DNA of 64,000 nt, from contig NW_026889754.1 in assembly GCF_033153115.1 (NCBI RefSeq), positions 14,880,001 to 14,944,000 on the forward strand, in the 5' to 3' direction. Numbering within the stretch: the stretch's first letter is position 1; every line of letters begins with the position of its first letter. The DNA is from Saccostrea echinata. Its lineage: Eukaryota. The notes under the pieces are model-generated. The model ran no database searches. It saw nothing but the letters and a program-made list of their open reading frames with translations, and was not told where the DNA came from. Of this stretch, positions 36,347-47,190 are shown piece after piece. The position numbers were made by a program, and so were the translations under genes.

Positions 36347-37302
36347 TTACTCCCTGAGAGGCCTGCCTCTACCTCTGCCTCTGCCGCGGAACTCTGTTCT
36401 GCCTGAGAAGGGAGGTCGCTGGTTAACGGTCAACGGCTCCATAAAGTCTGGCCTTCCGGGTGGGAGTGGAGATGAGTGTCTTGGAGGAGGTGGTCTCAAT
36501 CCTCGACCGCGAGGTGCTGCATATCTCGAACGCCTGCGTCGACAAAGAGGGCAGCATTGGTTCATCTGTACCAGCACAGCTGAACACTCGAGACAAGCCG
36601 GTCGACGGCGACACTGGCAGCAGATGTAGTTAGACATCCGATCCTCCTCCAAGCAAACTGAACAGGAATCCAGCCTGCCTGCCGTTACTTGAATCCCCCA
36701 TCTAGGAATTGACCCCGTAGTACTCGCACCTGGTGACATCTCCGGGGTCGGGGGTGGTGGTGGTGGTCTAGCCAGCTCCGGGGAGGGTGGTGGTGGTCTA
36801 GCCAGCTCCGGGGAGGGTGCCCAGTCATCGTTGACGGGAGAGGACCAATCCGAATCAACGGATGAAGAATCCCCCTGTCCAGCCCAATCGTTGTTAACGG
36901 GAGGGGTCCAATCCGAATCTACGGAGGAATCCACTGTCCAGCAGCTGCTCCCAGGGGATGACTGGGTGACCAGGTCGGCGTAGGTGGTCTTCTTGGAGGG
37001 GACGGGCTTCTCGGGGTGTTCTCGAGTAGTTCCGGACTACTCAGAGGGGCCGAATAGGAAGCAGCAGGTGATTCTGTCCTCCACCTCCTCCTTGGCTGGT
37101 CATCTTCGTTAGTAGAAGACCTATGTCGTCGTCTTCGTCTTCTTCGTCTACTTCTCCCCCTCATCAGGTCACTGGCTAGGCCCAGAGTGGCAATAGGCCA
37201 TCTAGCCAGCTCCCTCCCGGTGATTAAGTCCCGGACAATCCAGACATTTACGACCTCAACGCCATCAACCAAAAAGTAGTTAGGAATGTCTTCCTCAGCC
37301 AT
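36347..37302 (-). CDS. Pro/Ser/Arg-rich RING-finger protein (probably one gene with a frameshift at ~36930)
   Basis: CSVCLE...CCQC....CLEC.........CPLCR; GC-rich; repeats DSSVDSDW x2 and PSPELARPPP x2; upstream TATA-like site at ~37370. Confidence 0.7.
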
Positions 37303-37820
37303 ACTGATACAGTGACTGGAAACCAGCTACTAACAGAATGACACCGAGCTCTGGCAAGCTGCCGTATTTATGCGCACAGTACGAGCGTAAAAGAGAGCAC
37401 CCTAAAGCGAGAGCCAAAAAAATCATGGCGACGTCAAATTGTGTTATTTTGTGCTTCATAATCTATACATTGGAGTGAATAACTTATTATGGGATTAGAA
37501 ATACTTGGTAACATCTTAGCCATAAGATGAAGGTAAGTTTCAGGCATGATTTCACAGTATTTTTGATGCATGATATTTATCTGTCGTCTAGAAAAGAAGC
37601 ATTGATGTTGAACCGAAGGGCTAAAATAGGGTCACCTGAATACATAAAATAAGTATTTTAACCTTTTTTAAAGTGTGATACAAGGAAAACTTAATCTATA
37701 CAATGAGATTAAACCTAGGGAAAAGTGTTGATGCTGTTTTTAAATCAAAGGAATGGTTTCAAGTGTAAAAATATACCCAGAGTCGGTTTAGGCATAGACA
37801 CAAGAAGGCGAAGGTCGGCC

Positions 37821-37851
<31 letters not shown>

Positions 37852-38292
37852 AATCACTGTATAGACTTGTATAAAGAATATAGGATTTTTTTTAAATCGT
37901 GACCTTTTCTGACTGGAATTTTTAAATAAATAAAATCAGTTTAGTTGAAAAACAATTTGAATCCACTTTATTTCCAGTGGGAATGTCTAGATGTTTTATA
38001 AATAACAATATTGATAAAACACAGCGTCTTATTACAAGACACAGCATTCTATACACATAGGCATGATTTTTTTAGGAATCCTAAAAGATTTTGAGATAAA
38101 ACAGAATCGGATTAGTTAAAAATCAATTTGTATCTACTTTAATTGAAATGGGAATAATTTTTTTTTCTTACTAAACAAAAAAATAAAATCTCAGCGTCTA
38201 AAAAATCTTAGCGTCTAAACAAGGGCACAAGATGGAGTCATATTTGTATAGAAATAATAACAAAAGACTTATTGTGTGTTCAATCTTGTTTT

Positions 38293-38493
38293 TTATTTTT
38301 TCTTTAATAATTGTTCAAACTGTCGAATTCTCCTCTGAAATCGTAATCGATCTGCTACTATAGCCATCCATGGACTTTTTCGATCTTCGGGTGGTAAATG
38401 ATGAATTTCATTGAGGCTGGTATCAAAAGTTACACACTTGTGCCTTTTAGCATTTCTGAAATTCCCACATATTTCATCCCGTATTGGATGCAT
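38293..38493 (-). CDS. GADD34/ICP34.5/DP71L-like PP1 regulatory protein
   Basis: KCVTF (RVxF-type) followed by RKSPWMAIVADRLRFQRRI; the start could be 38556 or 38493. Confidence 0.85.
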   Translation of the reverse strand: MHPIRDEICGNFRNAKRHKCVTFDTSLNEIHHLPPEDRKSPWMAIVADRLRFQRRIRQFEQLLKKK

Positions 38494-38855
38494 ATTTTCT
38501 CTACCGCTTCTATTTCCTTCCAGAGTACAAATACTTTGCTCCCTTCGGGATGACATAGAAGACTGTAAGGTTTTCCTAAATATTCGCTCATTTTCATCCC
38601 GTACATTTTTTCTGGTAGAGTCTTTTTGATCCGTTTACAAAGGAAATGTATAATCGCTAGTCTCCCCACTGTCGGATGATGTAATAAAGCCAGGCATTGT
38701 AACCACAAGTCCTGAGTGTTTTCTATGATGGTCGTCGCTCTCTGGAACACTGGTTCCGCCTCCGGGGGTAAAGCTTCTTGATTTTTCTATATACATCGCA
38801 TTAAAAAATCATACCCTTCCAACACTAAAGAGTGAGTGTGTTTATGTGTTGACAT
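38430..38855 (-). CDS. Unknown protein (~141 aa, one internal TAG)
   Basis: ATG 38855 is in frame with the 38430-38750 ORF; TATAAATA at ~38893-38901 on the minus strand. Confidence 0.6.
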
Positions 38856-38929
38856 GATAGTCAATTGTGAAGAAATGACAAGAAATGTTTTCTTATTTAT
38901 ACCCCTGTTCTTCAAAACATATATCTATA

Positions 38930-39133
38930 CAAGACGTACACAGTACGTACACCCATAATGTACTGACTGACTCAGCAAAACGTAGGTAAAACGAGAGAGG
39001 GGTACTAAGCGCGAGGGTACAAAACGTAAGTCAAACCTATTTTTGCACACGAAATCCAAAAGGGTATATAAACCAGAGCTGGAAATTTAGGATCATTCTT
39101 AGTGGGCACTTTGAACTTGACAGACGTAGAAAT
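38930..39133. promoter_or_regulatory. Divergent promoter region, inverted homolog of 17836-17962
   Basis: TGACTCA 38968, cgtacacagtacgtac, aaacgtaagtcaaac.tatttttgcac, and a leader ending in gacagacgtagaaatATGGCA shared with the left end. Confidence 0.8.
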
Positions 39134-39795
39134 ATGGCACAGGCGACGATGAATTCCGTGGAAAATCGTAATTATATTCCAGCTAGCAATGAAGGGTTAG
39201 GATATGCTCTACCGACAATGCCTGACACGCAGGATCCGATCGGATTTGATCTGGGACTTTATAATATGCCAGAACCCATGAGAAAGGAAGATATGGGCAT
39301 CTTAACCACCACTCTGGATGGCATTGTTAACATGCTGACTCAACTGAAAGAGTACAACACCAGTGAATTTTGTTTGATACGTGGGAAATTGTCCCGATTA
39401 GAAGTTAAAGTGGCTAGAATGGAAGAAAAAAATGAGAGGAAACTCTTACCAGAAAAATGAAAACACAGGAGCTGCCAAGAAAAGTAAACAGATAGACCCA
39501 TGTTTTATATGTAAAGAATTAGGACATTGGGCTCCGGACTGTCCCAGAAAAAAACAACTTATGCTACAAGTGTGGAAATTTTGGACATTGGGCCCATCAG
39601 TGCACAGATGACAGTATGGAATTTGTTAAAGAAGTCGAAAAACTGGAGAAAAAGGCTCAAGAAAACAAGACCACCCATCAGGAACATAAGACTAGTCAAC
39701 AGGATAAAATTCAGGCTAACAACAAGAGGAAACTTCCTGCTACTACAACCCAGACGGAGAAGAAACAACCCCTGAAACTCCAGAAGAAAAAGTAA
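39134..39795 (+). CDS. Right terminal protein: coiled coil, two CCHC zinc knuckles and basic tail (two frameshifts in A7 runs)
   Basis: CFICKELGHWAPDC at 39501 and CYKCGNFGHWAHQC at 39562; the last frame runs to NNKRKLPATTTQTEKKQPLKLQKKK* at 39795. Confidence 0.85.
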
Positions 39796-40129
39796 ATATT
39801 ATGGAATTTTTTGAATAAATCATCTTACAAACTTTTTTTTCTGTGTTATTGTTTTTTCCGTTTTCAGAAAATAGAGAGAGAGGCTTGCTCTGTGTGACAC
39901 ATGACGTCACAATGCATACCTAGCTGTGATTTGAATCGATGCCAAGTTTTTGTGTATTGCCTATGTATTGACTGACTCAGCGATTTTACAAACGTAGATC
40001 AAACGTACCCCCCTTTTTCACAAGACATGGGTTTTTCCATGGGTGTATACTAGATTGAACCGGCCATCTCCCCCAGGGGACAAAAAAGTGCACTCAGTTG
40101 ACCCACCCATCCAGGCTGCTAATACTACT
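39717..40129 (-). repeat. Right TIR of the Polinton
   Basis: Inverted copy of 17178-17578 plus an 11-bp extra gatcaaacgta. Confidence 0.95.
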
Positions 40130-40381
40130 GTGGTGGAACTTGTTTTATTGCGTGGACCCTGAGGTCCACGCAAAAAATATATAAGCGGGGTTAAACCAAA
40201 TGCCATGGGCGAATTCGAACAATTCGCCCTTTTCGAATTAGAATATGCTAATCATTGGCAAACATCGCTCTAAAATCTGCACATCGTATTTATGTATTCT
40301 TTGGCGTAACCAAAATCCGATTTTCTCTTTTATACATACATCCTTATATACAAACTAAATTCTATGGTACAAGCAATTTAA

Positions 40382-41290
40382 GGAAGGTCCATACTTTTAA
40401 GGATCCGGTTTTAATTTTATACGCATATTATAAAACTACGAATGTCAGTTTTCTATTGAAATGATTTTCTTACATGATGCTTTAACTATAAAGCAACTAT
40501 TTAAAAGTTTATTATAGTGTCATTGTGCATATAGGACATTGAATATATATTATTAATAGAAAAAAATACACTTAGGACTCTGCCCGGTGGATGTATAAAT
40601 CATTTTATACACACAGACACAGACATTTTGATTGCCTGCATGGACCAAAATTTTTAGTATTTTTCATGCAAATTGACTTGAGATCTTTTTCAATTGATTT
40701 TATGACTGCACCATCTTTTAATATTTTACTTTTTTCCAAATTTTGCAAAGAATGATAGTAAAAAATGATATCCCCAAAATGGGGGTATACATGTTCAAAA
40801 GGCTTTTTATAATATTTATCTGGTCAGTCATAATAAAGTATGTGTTTTTGTTAACCTTAGATATAATTCTAAATAATTTTAAAGAGAAAATGTCATAAAA
40901 ACATTTTAGATTTTGAGAATTATTATGAATTATGATATTTTGTGATTTTTTTTCTGAAGGACGTCGACAGGTTCAACATCTTGTTTATGATTTCCAGAGA
41001 AAATTGTCAAAAATTCTCTTTTCAATTGAATATTCTTTTGATTTTCATAAATTTTAATCTAAATCTGACGTGTTTTGTGCATAACTAAATAAGATATGAG
41101 ATTATACTTCTCTATGTTAAATATTGGCTGTTGAATTTTTAGGGGTATGTACTCTAAGACATGTTGTATGAAAATAAGCATGCAAAGGTACGTCTTTTAC
41201 GGGCGTTTTAGTTAGTTTATGAGTTATTTCAGGTATTCCAATGAAAAAAAATATTAGTTTGACAGAAATTTTTAAAAGCCTGGAACTACC
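40382..41290. mobile_element. Possible TTAA-flanked non-autonomous DNA transposon (Kolobok-like)
   Basis: ttaa|ggaaggtcca ... tggaactacc|ttaa, 8/10 inverted match. Confidence 0.35.
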
Positions 41291-44200
41291 TTAAGGATAT
41301 GCAATCCTCAGCCATGAAGGATAACTCTTAAAATTACTATTTAATTTAAAATTACTGTTTAATTTGAAAAGTCTCAACATGAAGCTTGAAATTGAAAACT
41401 ATTCATGCAACAATTTCCATTTTATGCATCTTAATATGACTTGAGGTTTTTGAAGTCTTAGAAAGGGTCTTGTAAAAAGTTGACATTTGTTCCTTATACA
41501 AGTAAAAAATAAATACAGTTTTAAATGAATAGGATTTTCTTGAGTTTAACCTTAAACACCAATGCTTTTTAGCATAATGTGAAATTGGAAGTGATTTGTG
41601 ATGTCTTGCAATGATAGCACAAGCTTTTTACACTATGTATTATATAAATTTTGGAAGGAAACGGAAGACCTATACATGTAAAACCAAAAAGTATTTTTTT
41701 AAAAACATGCAAATTTCCCTAGAAGCCTGGATACCTATTTTTTTTTTTTCAACTTAAAATATATTTGTTGATCAGCTTTCAATTAGAAAATGCATAGTTG
41801 ATGTTTCTATTCGTCTTCTGAATATATTGGAGATTTGATTATTTTCCCTATGTAATATAAAAAACTATAATGATTAACTTTTAAGAAATACAGTGGGTAA
41901 ATATACATTAATTTGTGAAATTCAGATATATTTGTAATCATTTTCAATTACATAACTGCCGAGGATATTTTTGTATTACTTGAGTATAAAAATTCAATAA
42001 CTCTGCAAATTCCAGGTGAGGTTCGAACCTCCCCGACGCCACCCCCCCCCCCCCCTCTTCCCCCTCTCCAGCTCCAGGCATGAACTCCACCTACACATTG
42101 AATTATCTACGGGTTTTCCATTTAACCGATAATGATACAGAGCACACTGTGGATTTGACCGATCGACAGGGGTTGTTTATTCCTTCTTGGCCACTAAAAC
42201 AACCTCTGATGTTTTTAGAGGTCCGTGTTTTCTCTGTTCCAAATTTATATTGTTTCAATAGACTTTTGAGCTTTATTACTGTTCGTTATCTTCATAATTT
42301 TCTTTCGTCAGTAACGCTTATTGAAAACTAGTAAAGTCAATCTCTTTTTTTCCCTCAAAAGTTAGAATTCTATGTCATATTTGGCTTAACACCCTTTTGG
42401 GAAATTCATTAAACCACTCTTGAGTTTAGATTCTTTATTTGTTCTATATCAAACTAAAACATGTATGTACTTAGTTCTAACAAAAGGTGGTTAAGGGTAG
42501 ACCAAAAATGCAAAGTCAACGAATAAAGACGAATCAGATAAAACAGAGACAAAAGCGAAGAACAGTGCGTAACTGTGAAAGGCAATCACAGAAAACTAAA
42601 TTAAAACTAAAATAAATTACTGTGAATTCAGTAATTATTGCGAGTCTTTTATATTGCGAATAATGCAATGTAAGAATCGCAATAATTAAATCTGGAATCT
42701 GTATTTTGGTTACAATAGAGATTTATAATTCAGAGGTTTTAAAACTTATACCATATTTTCGAACAGGTCAAGATCATACACATTTCAGTGATTATGAGAA
42801 ATGCCAAAAACACTCTTTGTTATTTATTTTTTTAATTAATTTATTTTTTTTTTTGTTGAAGTTAAGTATTCTAAAACGAGAGAAATGATAGCCAAAAATT
42901 CGAATTGTGTGCCTGCCATTTTAAATATTTAGATTTAATGAAATTTTCTGTTGTTACTTCACGTTTTCCTAACCTATGACAACCTTTGTTTCCGATAACA
43001 AAAACCGAAATTTCCGGTAACAAAGTGAACCATTCAACCGTATTTCCGATAACATCCTAAAAGTTAAGAAACGGGAATTTTACCCTTTAATTGCATCTTT
43101 GCGAGATTCTGACGATGTCACATTGTGGACAATAACTAATGTTAGGTAAATATGAGGATTTTGAAGAAGGAGGCTATACACAGCAATGCCAATCGGACAG
43201 AAACTTGCAAAATATAACAAATTTGACTTTTAAAGTCTTCCCAAGACTCACAAATACTATAATAAGACATATTGGGGTTTTATTTTGTATCTGTATTCAT
43301 TCTTGTTCACAAAAAGCACAATCAACATTCTCTGTTTCTATTATTACAATGTTTATTTGCAACAATTTACTAACCTGTCAAAAGTTGTTATCCACCGAAT
43401 GCCCGATAACAACCGAATAGCCGATAACGCGTTGAGCAGTGTGTTCATCTCTGTAGCAAATACCGTCACCAGTCTAAGTGTCACTAGCAAACAGTGCACA
43501 CACCTGTGCTTGCAAGACCGAATAGCCTAGGTTTACACACGTCCGATGAGACTGTCAATCGCATCTTCTCAGACCTTTTTGGCGATCTCGGAAAAACACG
43601 TTGTTTTGTCTGAGTAATTACAGGTGTTGTATATTAACCATTCCGTTATTTAAAAAAGAGACAGAGAAAAAAAAACACGCACACACAAAAATAATCTGTT
43701 TTGTGTTTTAAAACTGATCGAATTCATCGAAAACCTAGCATTGCTTAAGATAACTCAAGACCCCCCAGTGCCGCTAGTGCTCCAGTACAGTGACCCAGCA
43801 GTTTTTGAAAGGGGGGTTCTAGGTCACACTGCTTTAGTGCTCAGTACACTACAGGGATCCAGCAGTTTTTGAAAAAAAGGGGGGGTTCTATGTCACCGCA
43901 GGCACTTAAATTCAAGCCCGTAGCAACGGCTTTCAAAGGGGGCAACCTCCAAAAAGAGTTCACAAGAAAAATAAATAAATAAAAAAAATAAAAATAACCT
44001 GTGCACCACACTGTTAAATCTTATGGGGGGGGGGGGGGGGCTTCGTCTAACTTTTCGGTACATTTTGATTTCTTTTAAATGTTTGATTTTCCGTTTTTTG
44101 AACCTTCCCGCAACAAAAAGTGCGGGGGAGCTCCCAATGCAAATCAAAACTTATATATTAAAATTATAACAAAAGATTGTTTTCAAAAAAGTGAGCCCTC

Positions 44201-45716
44201 TCCCTCACATACTATGGAGGCATTTTGAAACTTTCTCTTCATTGATTTAAATATTCCCCATAATATAAGGAGATAAATATTCTCTGATGGATACTCCCTT
44301 TCATGACTTTTTAAGAATACTTCTTAAAGTTAGTTACTTAGAAGATGGTCCAAAAATGGCATAGCCGTACATTCGCGGACTCTTCCGATGATATCACATT
44401 CATGTTACATATTGGTTTTCGAGGCCCGGGGCCGGGTTTGTGAAGGTATACGCAGGAAAGCAATAAGCAAAACTCTATCTAGAGAGCAGAATGGGCAGAG
44501 ATTGAAGTACTTATATATTGAAAATACTAGACGTAAAATATCTATATTACAGAAAGAAACATTCTTTCTCTCTTCCTCTTTCCGCAAAAAAGGGGAGTTC
44601 CAACACGCGGAACCCCCCCCCCCCTCCCTGGATCCGTCAATGGAGTTAAAATTCAACCATTACGATACCTGCACAATTTTGTTGTTAATTTTAAAGGCTA
44701 CATTACAATTGTGATAGATCAACTTTTCATATTCATATCATTTCAAAGTCATGTTTTTTTTCTCTCTTATCATTACAGCCTAATTAAGCAGAATTAAATA
44801 ACGATGAAAATTACAAGATACATGTTAAAAAAAAGATTTAATTACAACTTTGTTAATTCACTAAATCTAGAAATTTTCTTTGAATTTTTTTAGAAACACA
44901 TGCATATGGTCCACGTATTGCAGTCCTTTTTTAAATGGCAGCAACTTACTATGAACATTAATTGCAGTGGTCATATTGAATAAATCGTCTACTACAATAT
45001 GAAGTGCATGCATGTATAGCCAATATAGTAAATCTGTCACTGATAAAAATTCGAAGTGTTTTACATTTGGAAAATTTAACAATACAATTCAAATGTCTTT
45101 ACCTTTTTCATGGTCAGAGGACTCGAGTTTAGCGAGATGTCTTCTCTCCACTGACACAAGTGCATGTTAGTAATGGTTATAACCGTTTCCGTTATTGTTA
45201 CATGTTATTTCTTCTGAGTAGAATCTCCCCATAACTTACACACCGCCATTTTTGCTCTTTCTAATGATCCTTTTGTCAACTCTCTTCTTCTGCTATTTGG
45301 CGACTCTTATGTCTGAATGTTTATTATTAGATATACATTAATATTTGGTAATCGATTCGTGAAGTCTTAATTATCACTTTTGTATGCATATCTTTGTATG
45401 TATGCAAACAGATTTTTTTGGTTTGCATAATTTGAAGCACACTGAAAAATAGGGAAAGGTAAATTCCTAACATATTTAAAGTTATTCCCTCAGTACTTGC
45501 CTGCATATGCCAATACAGTCTAGTACGGACTCATCTTAGACATTACCAATCTCAGTAACATATACTACTTTTTTAATAATCCAGTTGAAAATGTTAAAAC
45601 ATAAATATATTTACTAGAAATGGCAGAATATTTGTAATTGAGAATAGTGATCACTTTCTCAGTGAAAGAGATGGCCTCTCATATATGAGACGCATGTACA
45701 TTTTTAAAATTGACAG

Positions 45717-46103
45717 CAAGACCGTAACTAGGCCCAAATTTTTTAGTGAGGCAAAGGATTTTGGGACAACCCGAGTCCCAAGCTGGTCCAGGGTAGTGTC
45801 CTGATCGAGATTCTCGTGGGGAGGGGAGAGTTCCTGAAACCTGGGTTCTTTAGCAAGTTAAAGACTTAATCTTTGAAAGTTTTCAAGTTTTGAATTATTT
45901 TTCATATGTTTTCATAACTATTATGAAGCACCTGGTGAGATGATCGATTTACAGATACTGAAACTAAAGTTGAAAGTATTGATTTAGTACAAAGACACAC
46001 ATAATTAATTAAAGTTCAAAGTAAAACCTTTTCACTTGTCAGAAAACTTTGAATTTTTAGTTAGGCATTTGCCTCACTTGCCTCAATGGTAGTTACGGCC
46101 TTG
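45717..46103. mobile_element. MITE with 5-bp TSD
   Basis: TIR caag(a/g)ccgtaacta; GACAG at 45712-45716 and 46104-46108; subterminal tgaggcaa repeats. Confidence 0.8.
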
Positions 46104-46151
46104 GACAGAGACCTATGGGACTCTAATTTCTATTTTGTATACCCTAAGGAC

Positions 46152-46443
46152 CTGGGGCGGTAAGAATAGGTCCCAGGCACTCCCTTGAATGTCGTTATTG
46201 GTTACTATTGGGCATCCTATGGAAAAAAAATAATACTCGACACTTTGGATTGAAAGTTGTGGGTCTTTCGAATGAGGCCCTTAAAACCGAGGCCCCATAT
46301 CACGGTAGGCGTTGGCACGATAAAGAACCCTCACTGCTCAATGACCCTAAGGGCAGAGTAAAGGTCTAAATTTCAAGCCCTTCCCCGGTATATGGTGACG
46401 TCTCTATATGAGTGAAAGATTCTCAAACGGGACGTAAAACACA
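46152..46443 (+). mobile_element. SINE, related family with a different head
   Basis: Shares the body aaccgagg.ccc..tc.c.gtagg.g.tggcacg.taaaga.ccctcactgctcaatg...gggacgtaaaac. Confidence 0.7.
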
Positions 46444-47190
46444 AAATCTTAGAGATTCTATGAACTTTAAAAGTCCTACTATTGCTGAATTGCAAATGGT
46501 CTTTGCAGCTGCAGGATGGCATGGTTTATCTAAGAAAAAATAAACACGTACATACAAGAAACCCATCATAGACACCCCCTTTTCATAAGAATTATATATT
46601 TTTAAAAGTGCATCCTTTACGTATAACAAAACCCCAAATATTTTCTTTTTGATTTTTTATGTACTGAAAGGAAAACGCAGGGGTAAAATCCCAATCTTAA
46701 CGTGACGTTACGCGCCAACGTAATCGTCACGGTTGGTTGGAAACCCTTCAAGTTCCTCTCGAAGGATGAACAAGACGTAATATGGTGGACAGTTTTCCCA
46801 CAAACTGTAAAGCAACCAGTTTTTGCCCTTTTCATGACTTATGCTAGGCATACCCCCATGGAACTTCCGTAAGGCGTACCACGATTGGAAGATATCAAAT
46901 TGTCTGAAAATATCGAAAAACGATTTGTACACATCAGGCGCGTCAAATGGTAGTACACGATGTCTTGAAAAAAGATCATCATTAATATGCCCGTGTTTTT
47001 GGCTTTTTATCTTTTTCCTTAGGTTACCTCACACATTTCACGGTTGAGTAATGCTGAACACCGATTTTAGTGCACAGTAACCAAGATACCCCTCCGCCCA
47101 GTTTTCTTACTTTTTAGCTAGACACTCAAAAATCTCCGCATATTATGTCACCCTATGTTTCCTTTTCTTTTCAGTATATAAAATAATTTT

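Larger units (their letters stand above)
17178..40129 (+). mobile_element. Complete Polinton/Maverick (adintovirus-like endogenous dsDNA virus), ~22.95 kb
   Basis: AGTAGT...ACTACT termini, ~400-bp TIRs, flanks GTGGTA (17172-17177) and GTGGTG (40130-40135); polB, ATPase, integrase, penton, MCP and protease all present. Confidence 0.97.

Noticed and set aside
40119-40127. Right terminus read inward contains TAGTATTAG, 8/9 identical to the CRESS nonanucleotide TAGTATTAC
   Set aside because: Largely explained by the ordinary AGTAGT Polinton terminus; the left end reads TAGTATAAG and there is no enclosing stem-loop. Only worth testing if the Rep-like proteins bind the ends.
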